Origin: Candidatus Bipolaricaulia bacterium
GTDB taxonomy: Bacteria > Bipolaricaulota > Bipolaricaulia > JBHIAT01
Direction: 5' to 3'
DNA length: 42,985 bases
Assembly: GCA_046758705.1 (NCBI GenBank)
Contig: JBHIAT010000010.1
Location: 1-42,985, forward strand
Both the position numbers and the translations under genes were made by a program. A model generated the notes under the pieces. The model did not search any database and had not been told where the DNA came from. It worked only from the letters and a program-made list of their open reading frames with translations. Of this stretch, positions 26,877 through 40,944 are shown in pieces (the stretch's first letter is position 1; every line of letters begins with the position of its first letter).

Positions 26877-28758
26877 TCAATCTTCATCACTACGCTCATC
26901 GACTTCTGCACCGAGCTGTCGTAGCGTTTCCTTCACCTGTTGCTCGATCACTCGTTGGGAGTCCAGAAGCTCGAAAGGCTACGTGCTTAACGCGTTCTTC
27001 ACCTGGTGGTCTAGGCTCGGGTCCAGGTCTGATAGGTGGCGGCTCAGGTTCAGGTCCGGAAGGCGGTGGCTCCTCGCCTTTCATCTTTGCTTTAAGGGTT
27101 CGCGCTTGGCCATCCGTTAGGAGAAAAACGTCCTCGTTGAAGCTCACGGCGTCGGACACGATTGCTTCCTCAAATCGCACCGACGCGGGCACCGCGAGGG
27201 TCCGGTAGAGCTCACGCATCCTCTGCGGAAAAGCCTCGTCCAGGTCACGGATACGCCGCTCGACCCAGTGCTTCAGTTCAGACAGATCTGGTGATGACTC
27301 CGGATCCAAAACGGCCAGTTTCAGCTCCCGATTATCCGGCAGTGCGTCGGATGCCTGCGGCCAAAGGTAGCAACGGAGCTTCGTGCCCAATTCCCGTTTG
27401 ACCCGTCGTTCCAGTTCGGACCGCACGCTGGCAGCGCTGACCAGCTGCTTCTTGTCTATCACCATGCGGTTGAGGTTCGGGACGCTGGAAAGGTAGTAGC
27501 GGTCGCCCTTCGTGTTCAAGTACCAGAGCTCGTTGGCCTGCTTTTGGAGAACCTCCGTTACCAGCGAGGGGATCGTCTCCGGACGGAGCACGGCCAGCTT
27601 GATGTAAGGCAGACTGGTCCCTTCCTCAGCCTCGTCGGCAGCAAAGGAATGAACGAATACCGCGGTGGCGATCCGTTCCGCGAGATGCTTCCATCCCCGG
27701 TTCTCCCGGTCGAGTGCCTGAGATTTGGCCTCGACGCCAGCGATGTCCGAGCCGATGATGCTTTCATACTCGGGGCCGATGTGGTTGATGAACTCCTGTC
27801 GGATCGAGGGCCGGCCGAGGTTGAGGTCGCCCGGCAGGATTAGGTCGAGATTCTGCTCCCGTTGGTAGAGATCCTCGATGACGTTGGCGAGAAATCGCAG
27901 AACGCCACGGGTGCGCTGAAAGGAAGAGAATGTTCCCCACTTTTCGTAAAGGATGTCGATCACATCTGAGTGAAACGGATATGCCAACTCAAGCTTACGT
28001 CGATAGTCCGCTTCCCGGGCCTTCGGGGGAAGTTCATCCTTGTGTTGTTGATATTTCTGGATATAGGCGTCCACGACCTCCCGCATGGCGGTCTCATCGA
28101 CGATCGGCTCGAACAACCTGCGTCTGATGATCGAGTAGACTTCCTCACCCTGCACCGGCGTCTCGATGCTCTCCAGTCGGCCGAATATCTTCTCAAGTTG
28201 GGCGAGGTTCCTCTGTTGGGTATCGCCGAAGTCTTCCAGTTCGCTTGATGGCAACGTGACAATCATGAGACCGCGCTCCAGGCTGGCTACCGCTTCGGTC
28301 AGTTCCTGAAAGAATGCCAGCGTTTGGGATGCCAGGCTCGAATCGCCGACGGAAATGCCATGAGACCGAACGACATACTCAAGGATCTCGTCGAAGAGGA
28401 GTACGAAGGGTTGATGCTCCTCCAGCAGCGCGCGCAGGTTCTCCTTACCGGGCGCGATTCGATTCTGATCGTTCTGCTCGATGGTCTGATACGCTTCCTT
28501 GCCGCCTCCGAATGGGGTTTGAAGCTCGACCACCGAAGGACCTCTGCTGGACGTCAGCTTCTCGTGAACTTGGCGCAGGAGGCTCTGAAGCCCGTAAGTC
28601 AGGTAGGTCTTCTTGAAGAAGGTGTATGGATCATTATAGTCCGGCGCGGCACGGCCTGCCACTACATCGCCGAGGTCGGCGGCGAAGACGGCCTCATCGA
28701 AGCCGCCGCTCCGGATGTCCTCATGAGGAATCGCGATATCAAACCAATTCTTCATCAT
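26877..28758 (-). pseudogene. DUF499 family ATPase with internal deletions and a C-terminal frameshift
   Basis: W..IAIPHEDI...FDEAVFAADLGDV, FFKKTYLT, Walker A cut at QTPFGGGK, LLFDEILEY, AYPFH, FQRTRGVLRFLA; the likely true C-terminus QQVKETLRQLGAEV lies in another frame ending at 26877. Confidence 0.85.
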
Positions 28759-28778
28759 GTTCACCCCCGTCCCCTCGC

Positions 28779-30594
28779 TTAGTGATTTGCAAACCACATC
28801 GCGTAATCTTTGACAACCTGATGGTTAGGTGACTTTTCGTCGATGACTTCCAGATCGCAAAGCGGCATGGCATATTTTCTGCGTCCCCGCTTCACATCGA
28901 CGATGATTCCATACAGGTCATCAACCAGAGCGAACCCCGTGACCCGCAGGCGATCACCCCGCTCCTCGACCCAAAGCCATTCGAGGTTTACTCCCTCGGC
29001 ACTGGCGATCTTGCGGGCATCGTCAAACAGTACCATGTTATCCAGGTAAGTCCAGCGGTAGGTCAGGTAGAACGGAGCTTCCTTGTCGATGGACTCGCTC
29101 GAGGCGTCCTTGAGCAGTCGATGGACCAGGAACTCGGTCGCCACGCTACGGATGTACTGGAGCAGTTCAAGCACACCCACCGGCTTGCCATCGTAAGTCT
29201 CGACTCGTTCATAGCGCGAGAATGCCTCCATGCCCGGACCAATGGCACTGATGAAGAAGTCGCCTCCAGCAATTCCTGCTTTCCAGAACTGATCGAGCTT
29301 TTCCTCGACCCGAGCTTTGACCTGCGACTGAATGTCGTTCCAGAAGCCCACTGGTTCACGATTAGTCTTTCGACAAACCATGTAGATGGAAGAGGCCAAC
29401 GCCACTGACTGTGCCGCACGTAGCCGGGTCTTCATCTCGGTATGCACCGGCCAGGAGCCTGTTACCACGAATCCCGCATTAACGAGGCCATTGAGCATTG
29501 TCTCCCATCCCTCAGTGGTCTTATGTGCATAAACAACCACAGCAATGCCACCAGGTTTCAGTATCCGATGCATCTCTTGGAAAGATTTGCCGAGCATCTG
29601 TTCAAAGAACACTTTCGCGTCGTCGGTGGATTCATGACGCGTCGGTTCCATGATGATCTCTTCCCTCTTGGGCACTACTGGAGTAGAAAAGAGTTCTGGA
29701 AACTGGTTGCCTACGGCCCGTTTTAGCCAAACATAGAAGAAATCCGAGAGCGCGGCGTAGGGAACGTTGTCATAGTAAGGAGGATCGGTGATAACGGCAT
29801 CGAGTGAGTTGTCTGCGTGTGGGAGTGCTGTAGCCGAACTGTGTTGTGCCTGCAATGGGGTGATCATCCTCCAGTCATTGACTTTGGTGTAGCGGAGGAT
29901 CCAAGCAAGATGAGAAAGCCAGTCACCAGAAGATCGGCTGAAGACGCTAGTTTCGCAATAATCCCATTTCATTGGAAGTGCTTGTCTACTGAAAACGTGA
30001 TCGATGCCTTCACGAGTGTTCTCCCAGCCTCCCAGACTCGTGTTGTAGTCGGCAGTACGACTGAGCATGACGCTTAAGTACCCTACCACCACTCTCGCCA
30101 GCTCGTTTGGATCAACCGTGTTCGCCAGACCACCGTCTCCGTTTACGACCGCCTGACACTCCTTGGTAATCCGCTCGTAACTCCCCTTGATCTTCTCCAG
30201 AAATGTCACCAATGCGAGTCCATCGCTTGCTTAAATGCTTGGCCTTCGAGTCCCGCTTCAAGTAGGGGCGACCAGCCGGTCGCCCCTACATCTTCATCGG
30301 CTTCCGGCAGCCTGATCTCGACTCCGAACCTCTCAGGTGAATTGCCGTTCTTGACCGCCTCCCAGGGGATTATCTCCTCAATCAGTTTGCGGATCTCGGC
30401 ACGCTCCCCAGAATTCTCCGGCCCTGGATCGTCGATCAACGCTGCGAACGCCGTCGCCCGCGACGATGCCAACGGCCACGGGCCCACCAGATATGAAGGG
30501 TGGACGGATGCCCGTGCCGGATGTTCTTCTCACGGGCCGATTGCACGGAGATTTCCGCCAGGGGCAGGTCGTATTCGATGAACTTTCTGTTCAT
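28779..30594 (-). pseudogene. DUF1156 adenine DNA methyltransferase, frameshifted and deleted, fused at its 3' end to a CcbP-like (calcium-binding family) C-terminus
   Basis: ATG 30594 [39 protein letters not shown], frameshift near 30477 into PLASSRA; second part has ITDPPYYDNVPY, YAHKTTEGWE, SWPVHTE; tail PLCDLEVIDEKSPNHQVVKDYAMWF appears to belong to a different family. Confidence 0.85.
30262..30289. repeat. GTAG-type REP palindrome inside the methylase remnant
   Basis: GTAGGGGCGACCAGCCGGTCGCCCCTAC; 27/28 identical to 30872..30899. Confidence 0.85.
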
Positions 30595-30599
30595 TTCAA

Positions 30600-31199
30600 C
30601 TACGCTGGATCTTCTTCATTGCGTTTCCCAGCCCTGTCAGGGTTTTCTGCATCCATAGCCCATCGATGGGGGTTTTTCATGATGTATTCGCGAATACGGT
30701 GCAATTCATCGTCGTTTCGGATAATGTGATCGTAATAATTGCGTTGCCAGACCGGAACTCCGGGCGCACCACGCCAGGTATTGATACGTCGGGTGGCGGC
30801 CGATTTGAAGCCGGCGATGAACGATCCCAACGATTTAGATCTGGGTCCACAGGGTTCCGTATTCCGGGGTTGTAGGGGCGACCGGCCGGTCGCCCCTACG
30901 GAACCAAATTTCACGTTCGTTCCATCCCGGACAATGAACACGATTCCATGTAGGTGGTTGGGCATCACAACGAATTCATCCAATTCGATTTCGTTGCGGA
31001 TTTCCGCTGAACGCGCCCATTCTCGGTGCACGATTCCCCCATATTCGTTAAGAACCATTCTCTCCTGAACCACCTCCCCAAACAGGCATTCCCAATTCCG
31101 AGCGCAGATCGTCACGAAATACGCTCCGGTTCGGGCGTAATCGTAGTCCTCCAGGCGGAGCGAGCGTCGACGGCGGTGGCGTTGGGGATCAAAACGCAT
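30600..31199 (-). CDS. REP-associated tyrosine transposase (RAYT/TnpA-REP, Y1 HUH)
   Basis: [11 protein letters not shown]...[18 protein letters not shown] (HUH), [17 protein letters not shown]; start ATG 31199 behind GAGG. Confidence 0.92.
   Translation of the reverse strand: MRFDPQRHRRRRSLRLEDYDYARTGAYFVTICARNWECLFGEVVQERMVLNEYGGIVHREWARSAEIRNEIELDEFVVMPNHLHGIVFIVRDGTNVKFGSVGATGRSPLQPRNTEPCGPRSKSLGSFIAGFKSAATRRINTWRGAPGVPVWQRNYYDHIIRNDDELHRIREYIMKNPHRWAMDAENPDRAGKRNEEDPA
30872..30899. repeat. GTAG-type REP palindrome within the RAYT coding sequence
   Basis: Perfect palindrome GTAGGGGCGACCGGCCGGTCGCCCCTAC, translated as VGATGRSPL. Confidence 0.85.
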
Positions 31200-31200
31200 G

Positions 31201-33950
31201 TTAAACCTCACCATGTTCACACCAGCGATCTTCAGGGATGATAAATCCCGTTGCAAAGATATCCTCGTCCATCCGAAAGTGCTCTGCCGGATTGTGCATT
31301 CGGTGCAATTGTGGGACCTCGGTAGCGGCATCCGTCACCACGTAGATCCAGTAGTTCTCCCCGAAGTGGCGCGCCTTTTTCCATTCGTTGGCCGTGAGTC
31401 AGATCGCTCGTCGATCTCGGACGGCTTGACAGAAAGCGGGTGAGCAAGCACTGCCGCGACTCCGATGATCTTAGGCTCGTCGATCGTCAGATTCCGTTCA
31501 AGTCGGATCTCGGTCTTGAGATCTTTTCTACGCTGTTCGAGTTGTTCAAGGTTTCGTCGCTCGTTGCGAATAGCGATTTCCATGCTTTCACCGGCCTCTG
31601 CACGTGCCTGATAATCGAGTAGCTTCTGGTTCGATTCCTGGATCAGGTAATCAAGTGACCGTAGTCCATAGCGCTCCTTGATCTGTGCGTCACGCTCACG
31701 ACGCTCGGCTATATTATCACGATAAGGGAGAAGCACTTGCGCGACAATATGGTCCTCGATCACATCTCGGTCGGACATCCGCTCGGCGATTGAGTCTGGG
31801 ACATCCATGTCGGAGACCGGTTCCAAATCCCACAACACTGCCGGACTCAGTTCGTGGATCTCATCTTCTGTATCTTGAAGCAGGCAGAACACCCGCTTCC
31901 CTGCCGCTGCACCTGTTCCGTCCTGAACAATGCCTTCAACAAACCAGAGAGCACCCTCGCGCTTGCCTTCTGGGTCGGTAAACACGGCGTAGTGCGTGCT
32001 GTCCTGTCGGAATTCCCTTAGGATCGTCTCGTTCAGGGCTTCGAGCAGCGGGTGCCCGGGTGCGACGAACTCATATTCTTGGTTGTGGCGCGCTACCTCC
32101 TTGTTAAAGGTCACGTACTGGTACTCACGGTGGACCTTCCCGTAGTTCGTCTTGAAGTTGTAATCTTCGTTCAGTCAGCGCAGCTCGAAAGGGACGGATT
32201 CGATCCGATAGCCGGCTTCAAGTGGTACGACCTTACCTCCAAGCTTACGGAACCCGCGTAGGAAAAAATCTTCGACATACTCCGGAACCAACCGGTGCTC
32301 CTCCGCCTCAAGCGTTTCCTGCAGTAGTCCCGAGTAATCGATATGACGGGTGGCCAGGCTGCTCACAAATACACGTTCTAGCGTCTGCTGCACATATGCT
32401 TTGTCTACCTGGTCGATCTGCTTCTCGATCTCTTCCATGCGCTGCTGGTGGAAGATAGCGTCCTTGAGCAAGTCATTGAGGTTGGTGCCCGGGATGACGT
32501 CACTGATGATGTCGAAGACCCGATCGGTGCCGAGCGCCTTACGTATCAGGTCCAGCTTCTCGAAGAGCCGATCCAGAATCTGCCCTTCACGGGTATCCTT
32601 GCTAACCAGGTTCCAGATGAAGACCTCGTAGTTCTGCCCATACCGATGGATGCGGCCCATTCGCTGCTCCAGTCGGTTGGGGTTCCACGGGATGTCGTAG
32701 TTCACCATCAGCGAGCAGAACTGCAGATTGATTCCTTCACCAGCCGCCTCGGTCGCTACCAGGATCTGGGTGTCGTGCTTGAAGATGTGCTCGGCTTCGA
32801 TGCGGGCGTCCATATCCATGCCACCGTGGATAACGTTCACTCGGTAGCCCCACTGTCGGAGCTTCTCCTCCAGGTACCACAGCGTATCCTTATGTTCGGT
32901 GAAGATGAGGAGTTTTCGGCCATCCAGGTTAGCCAGGATCTCGTCGCGAAGTTTGACCAGCTTGCTCTCGATCTCCTGGGCACGGACCGCCTTCGCCTGC
33001 TCGATGAGGCCGTCGAGTTGCTCGATTTCTGCTTTTACTTCATCGATGTTTTTCGCAATGGTAAGTTGTTCTAGTCGACTCTCAATCTCCCATCGCTCGT
33101 CTTCCGGTAGATCCTCTAGCTCTTCCTCTGTGATCTCACGTACCCTCTCGTAGCGTTCGTCACCGCGTATCTTCTCAGGCAGGTGCAGCAACTCCTTCAG
33201 ACGACCACGGTGACGTTTCAGGGAGCTGAGAATCGCGTGGACGCTTGAGGTCAACCGACGTTGGAGGATCATCATAGCGAAGGCGATGTGGCGGTTCTCC
33301 TTCGCCTGATCGAAGTAGTTCCTCACGTACGAGGTGACCGCGTTGTAGAGATTGATCTCCGGCTCTGTCATCCGAAAGGAGATCGTTTTGACGGTGCGCG
33401 GCGGGAAGATCGGGCTGCCGTCGAACTTCTTCATGTCCTCTTTTAAGCGACGGACAAAGAGACGGTTCTCTTTGCGCTCGACTGATTCCTTGAGGAATTC
33501 CGTCTTGGTGAAGAATCCCGGCCGCAACAGATCCAAAAACAATCGGAAATTCTCCTCATCGCCGCGGTGAGGCGTGGCGGTCAGAAACAACATACGTTCC
33601 GACTGCCGGGAGAGCACTTCGCCCACCTGGTAGCGTTTCGTCTTGTCGATCTTCACGCCATCCTTAGTCATGTAGGCATAGGCGCTCATCTTGTGCGCCT
33701 CGTCCACGATGACCAGATCCCATCGGGTACCTGTCAGTGTTGCCTTTACATTGTCCTGTTTGATGAAATCAATCGATGTAATCGCCTGAGGGTATTCCTC
33801 CCAGACGTTCGCACCCCAGGCCGCTCGGATCGTGCTCCGGTCGATAAGGAGGTAGAACGCCCGTCGTTCCTCGAACTTCTTGACGCGGGCAGGACCTGGG
33901 AGGAACTCCGCCCGGATGATCTGGCCTTCAGACAGGTCCAATTCTCTCAC
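31201..33950 (-). pseudogene. SNF2-family helicase with C-terminal DUF3883 domain, inactivated
   Basis: DEAHKM, LTATPHRG, LIFTEH, ATEAAGEGINLQ, PWNPNRLEQRMGRIHRYGQ present but Walker A absent; in-frame TGA at 32175..32177; DUF3883 tail LTANEWKKARHFGENYWIYVV...HNPA out of frame, ending at 31201. Confidence 0.88.
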
Positions 33951-34036
33951 CCCGAGTCGCGTAACTTAAGTGGATTGCAAACATGTTAACCGTTCTTGAA
34001 AGGCATCATTATAGCCTACCGAGAAACGCCTTGAAT

Positions 34037-36595
34037 TCACAACTGATCTTTGAGTCGGGCGAGCAGGTTGAGCGCTTCGATCGGAGTCAGATCCTCCAGA
34101 TCCAGCTTCTCCAGCTCCTCTAGGACCGGATGCGTGTTTTCTTCAAACAGCGACAGCTGGTCGAACCCGTCGCGCACCTCGCCCATCGCATCGAGCGGAT
34201 TGTTCTTCAGGATCTGCTCCAAGATCTGTTGAGCTGTTTGGGTGACCTCTTTGGGCAACCCGGCGAGCCGGGCGACATGAACGCCGTAGCTCCCTTCGGC
34301 CTTCCCCCGTGCCACCCGATGCAGGAAGACCACCTCGTTGCCATATTCCTTCACCCGCACGTTCATGTTGAACACCCCGTCGATCCGCTCCTCGAGCTTG
34401 GTGAGCTCATGGTAGTGGGTGGCGAACAACGTTCTGGCCCGGACCTGGGAGGTGAGGTGCTCGGCGACCGCCCAGGCGATCGAGACACCGTCGAACGTGC
34501 TCGTCCCCCGGCCCATCTCATCGAGGATGATCAGGCTCGCCTCGGTGGCGTTGTTCAGGATGTTGGCCGTCTCGAGCATCTCGACCATGAACGTGCTGTA
34601 GCCGGCGCTCAGCATGTCAGACGCCCCGACCCGAGCGAAGATCTTGTCGACGATCGGCAGCGTCGCCGACGTCGCCGGCACATATGAACCCATCTGGGCC
34701 ATGAGAATAATTAAGGCATTTTGGCGCGTATATACCGATTTCCCGCTCATATTAGGGCCAGTTAGGATGATAACTCGCTCATCTTCCCCCATTTCAAGAT
34801 CATTCGGAACAAATTCTAACGAACCCTCCTGAGATCGCTCCACAATCGGATGGCGCCCTCCTGTGATGTGAATCTCGCGCTGGTCGGTGAACGTCGGCCG
34901 ACAGTAGCCGTTCTTGCGGGCGACCTCGGCAAGCGCGGTGTAAATGTCCAGCCGGGCCAGGATGTCGGCAAGCGACTGGAGCTCGGCGGTTCGCTCGACG
35001 ACCCGTTCGCGAAGCTTGATGAACCGCTCATACTCCAGTTCCTTGGCTCGCTCCTGAACGGCGAAGATCCGATCCTCGTACCCTTTGAGCTTCGGGGTGA
35101 CAAATCGCTCGGCGTTGGCCAGCGTCTGCTTGCGATGGTAATCGGAGGGTACCCGATCCAGGTTCCGCTTAGTGACCTCGATGTAGTAACCGAAGACCTT
35201 GTTATAGCCGACCTTGAGTGAATTGATCCCGGTCCGCTCGCGCTCGGTCCGTTCGAGATCGGTGATCCGACGTCGCGCGTCCCGCTCCTCGGCTTTGAGG
35301 CTGTCGAGCTCCACATCGAAGCCGGGCCGGATGATACCACCCTCCTTCAGTGTCAGCGGGGCGTCCTCCCGAATCGCCCGGCGCAGCAGGTCGGACAGGT
35401 CCTCCAATTGGAGCTGGTTGAGCATAGCGTTCAAGTCGTCGAGCTCGTTTGATTCGCCTCCTTCGGCCAACTCGCCGAGCTTAGCGCGCAACTCGGGCAG
35501 CCCCTGGAGCGATCCCCCGAGGCCAAGCAGATCCCGTGGGGTCGCCCGGCCCGAGCCGATCCGGCCCACCAGACGCTCGATGTCGTGAACCTCGGCGAGT
35601 AACTTCCGCAACTCGGCACGGAGCAACCCCTCGTCGAAACAGACGGTCACCGCATCCAACCGTCGCTCGATCGCGGCCCGATCGACGAGTGGGCTCAGCA
35701 GCCACTGTCGTAGCCGGCGTTCGCCCATCCCGGTGACCGTCTCGTTCAGGACAGCGAGCAGCGTCCGGCGGGTCCCACCACCGATCTCCCGGATCAGCTC
35801 CAGGTTTCTCTGGGTAAATGGGTCGAGCTGCATATGATCCGAGATCGAGTAAGCGGACGGCCGTTTCAGATGTTTGAGTGTCTCCTTCTGGGTCTCTAGA
35901 AGGTAGCTCAGCAGTCCACCGGCACTCCTGCAGGCGAGTGGATCGAGCCCCAGCCCGGCGAGCGAACCCAGTTCGAAGTAACGCGCCAGGTGGTCGGCCT
36001 TAAACTCTTGGGCCCGCAGTTCGGTCACCGCCACCCGCTGCTCCACATCCTCGATCCACTTCGCTATGGAGACGCCCTCGGGGATCACCAGTTCGGCGGG
36101 CGGCAGCCGGGTCAGCTCGGTGCGGAGTGCCTCCTGGGTGTCCAGTCGGGTCGCCCCGAACTCCCCCGTCGAGACGTCGACGAACGCCAGGCCGATGCCC
36201 CCGTCTTTCCCTTCGGGCAGTAGGGCGACGAGGTAATTGTTGAGGCCCCGTTCCAGAACCCCATCTTCCAGGATGGTGCCCGGGGTGATGACCCGTACCA
36301 CATCCCGTTGCACCAGGCCCTGAGCTTCACTGGGATCCTCAAGCTGATCGGCGAGTGCGACCTTGTATCCTCGCTTCAGCAGCTTGTTGATGTATTTTTC
36401 GGCGCGCTTGATCGGCACCCCGGCCATCGGCACATCGCCGCGGGCGGTGAGGACAATGTCCAGCTCTTTGGAGACAAGCTCGGCGTCCTCGTAGAACGTC
36501 TCATAGAAGTCACCGAGATGGAAGAACAGGATCTCATTCGGATACCGATCCTTCAGATCGAGGTACTGCCGCATCATTGGGGTGATTTCAGTCAT
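34037..36595 (-). CDS. mutS: DNA mismatch repair protein MutS
   Basis: TPMMRQY, GDFYE, TGPNMSGKS, STFMVEM, DEMGRGTST, FATHYHEL, SYGVHVARLAGLP. Confidence 0.97.
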   Translation of the reverse strand: MTEITPMMRQYLDLKDRYPNEILFFHLGDFYETFYEDAELVSKELDIVLTARGDVPMAGVPIKRAEKYINKLLKRGYKVALADQLEDPSEAQGLVQRDVVRVITPGTILEDGVLERGLNNYLVALLPEGKDGGIGLAFVDVSTGEFGATRLDTQEALRTELTRLPPAELVIPEGVSIAKWIEDVEQRVAVTELRAQEFKADHLARYFELGSLAGLGLDPLACRSAGGLLSYLLETQKETLKHLKRPSAYSISDHMQLDPFTQRNLELIREIGGGTRRTLLAVLNETVTGMGERRLRQWLLSPLVDRAAIERRLDAVTVCFDEGLLRAELRKLLAEVHDIERLVGRIGSGRATPRDLLGLGGSLQGLPELRAKLGELAEGGESNELDDLNAMLNQLQLEDLSDLLRRAIREDAPLTLKEGGIIRPGFDVELDSLKAEERDARRRITDLERTERERTGINSLKVGYNKVFGYYIEVTKRNLDRVPSDYHRKQTLANAERFVTPKLKGYEDRIFAVQERAKELEYERFIKLRERVVERTAELQSLADILARLDIYTALAEVARKNGYCRPTFTDQREIHITGGRHPIVERSQEGSLEFVPNDLEMGEDERVIILTGPNMSGKSVYTRQNALIILMAQMGSYVPATSATLPIVDKIFARVGASDMLSAGYSTFMVEMLETANILNNATEASLIILDEMGRGTSTFDGVSIAWAVAEHLTSQVRARTLFATHYHELTKLEERIDGVFNMNVRVKEYGNEVVFLHRVARGKAEGSYGVHVARLAGLPKEVTQTAQQILEQILKNNPLDAMGEVRDGFDQLSLFEENTHPVLEELEKLDLEDLTPIEALNLLARLKDQL

Positions 36596-36659
36596 CCTGA
36601 TTCACCGACCTCATGATAGTCGATCCCGGCGAGGCGATCAAATCTCAAAATGGCTCTTT

Positions 36660-36688
36660 TTGCCATCCAGTCGGAAATATGGTATAAT
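36660..36688 (+). promoter_or_regulatory. sigma70-type promoter of gyrB
   Basis: TTGCCA-17 bp-TATAAT with extended -10 (TGg). Confidence 0.65.
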
Positions 36689-36743
36689 TTCATAGCCTTT
36701 ATTAGGTGGTTGTGGGGACAATCGGGGAAAAACATAACATTGA

Positions 36744-39131
<2,388 letters not shown>

Positions 39132-40919
39132 ATGAAGCCCCAAAACCGCTGGGCAAACGCCTTAGGTGGCTTGGACCGGCTCAAGCAGATCGAGAACGTC
39201 TATACGCGGAGCGCGATTGAGATCGGAGGATTGAGCGGCACCGTCGAGGAGTGGCAGACCGCTCAAGGCCAATACAAGCAAAGTGTTGATCTCGGCGGGG
39301 TCTACCGGTTTCTGACGGTCTTTGACGGAGAGAAGGGATGGATTCTCGATCAAAACGGCAAGGTCCGGGAACTGGCAGGCACGGACTTGGAAAACGAAGT
39401 CACCTCGACCTACCTGGGCAGTTTTTCGCATTTGATCCCCGGCCGGATGTCCGGACGCGCCGAGAACCTGGGAGAAGATGAAGCCCAGCAGCATGATATT
39501 GTGAAGCTCCTGCCACAGGGTGGGCGACCGGTCACCTGTTATCTGGATAAAGCGACCTATCTACCCGTCAAGCAGGAGCAGCCGGAGGCCGATCGCACGC
39601 GTACCGTGCATTTGAGTGACTGGCGCGACGTGGACGGCGTCAAGATCCCGTTCCAAATGCGCCAGACGACCGGCGATCCCAAGTACGATACGGTCGTGAC
39701 TGTTCAGGAGGTGCGCTTCAACGTCCCACTTGACGAGACGGCGTTTCAGAAGCCTCAAGAAGCCGCGCCAGATTTCCGCTTCGCCGCCGGGCAGAGCGCG
39801 CCGGGAATCCCGCTCGAACTCAACAACAACCATATCTACCTACAGGTTCAGATCAACAACTCCGAGCCACTGGGCTTCATCTTAGATACCGGGGCAGCGG
39901 CTTCGGTCATCGACACGAGGCGGGCCGAGGCGTTGGACTTAGAGCTTCAGGGAGAGCTTGAGGGGCGCGGAGCCGGCGAAGGTTCCACCAACGTCGCCAT
40001 CGCCAAAGGTGTTTCTTTCCAGCTCCCTGGTGTGGAGCTCTTCGATCAGACGATTGCGGTGATCTCTCTCGAATCCTTCGAATCCCACGAAGGTCGGACC
40101 ATCGACGGCATCCTCGGCTACGACTTCATCAGTCGCTTCGTTGTCGAGATCGACTACGCGGCCGAGCTTATCCATCTCTATGATCCACAAGGCTATGAGT
40201 ACGCCGGCTCTGGAGAGAGCCTCCCGATCACGCTCGAGGGGAATGTGCCTCTGTTGTACGCTAAGGTCGTACAGTCGGAGCGTGACCCCATTGACGGAAA
40301 ATTCCTCATCGATACGGGAGCCGGGGGGACGCTCGGTTTGAACAAACCTTTCATCGAAACTCATGAGCTGTTAAAGTCCTCCCAGAAGACAATCCAAGCG
40401 CTCTTCGGCATGGGTGTGGGGGGGGAGACGAAGCACCACGTCGGCCGGCTGAACAACCTGCAGTTGGGACAGTTCGTGATCGAAGACCCGGTCATCGGTT
40501 TTTCTCAAGATGCAAAAGGCGCACTGGCCAACCCCGACCTTGCCGGACTCCTCGGTGGCGAGATCTTACGGCGGTTTAGAGTCATCTTCGACTATGCACG
40601 CCAGCAGATGATCTTGGAACCCAACGCAACCTTCGCCGAACCCTACGAATACGACATGAGCGGCACCTACCTGATCGCCGAGGGCCCAGCTTTCAAGGCC
40701 TTCAAGGTGTACCGCACCCTTGAGAATGCTCCGGCGTCCGAGGCCGGGTTGCAACAGGGGGACGTGATCACGGCAATCGACGACCGGCCCGCCACGGAAT
40801 TCACCCTGAACCAGGTGCGGCAGTTGTTAAAGCAGGAGGAGGGGCGGGAGTATCTGTTAAGCATCGAACGGGACGAGGAGCCGCTGCAGATTCAGATCAG
40901 GCTGAGAAGATTAATCTAG
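39132..40919 (+). CDS. aspartyl protease family protein: N-terminal beta domain, two retropepsin-like domains and a PDZ domain; possibly 5'-truncated
   Basis: FILDTGA...GILGYDF and FLIDTGA...GLLGGEIL; PASEAGLQQGDVITAID (PDZ). ATG directly follows the gyrB stop; no signal peptide. Confidence 0.85.
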   Translation: MKPQNRWANALGGLDRLKQIENVYTRSAIEIGGLSGTVEEWQTAQGQYKQSVDLGGVYRFLTVFDGEKGWILDQNGKVRELAGTDLENEVTSTYLGSFSHLIPGRMSGRAENLGEDEAQQHDIVKLLPQGGRPVTCYLDKATYLPVKQEQPEADRTRTVHLSDWRDVDGVKIPFQMRQTTGDPKYDTVVTVQEVRFNVPLDETAFQKPQEAAPDFRFAAGQSAPGIPLELNNNHIYLQVQINNSEPLGFILDTGAAASVIDTRRAEALDLELQGELEGRGAGEGSTNVAIAKGVSFQLPGVELFDQTIAVISLESFESHEGRTIDGILGYDFISRFVVEIDYAAELIHLYDPQGYEYAGSGESLPITLEGNVPLLYAKVVQSERDPIDGKFLIDTGAGGTLGLNKPFIETHELLKSSQKTIQALFGMGVGGETKHHVGRLNNLQLGQFVIEDPVIGFSQDAKGALANPDLAGLLGGEILRRFRVIFDYARQQMILEPNATFAEPYEYDMSGTYLIAEGPAFKAFKVYRTLENAPASEAGLQQGDVITAIDDRPATEFTLNQVRQLLKQEEGREYLLSIERDEEPLQIQIRLRRLI

Positions 40920-40944
40920 GCGCTTACATCTGAATTATTGGCTT

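Noticed and set aside
31200-31331. N-terminal extension of the RAYT ORF (MPLPRSHNCTEC...)
   Set aside because: This DNA encodes the helicase DUF3883 tail in another frame.
32175-32177. In-frame TGA in the helicase as selenocysteine or programmed readthrough
   Set aside because: The gene also lacks Walker A and has a downstream frameshift; a simple nonsense mutation (e.g. CGA to TGA) is more parsimonious.
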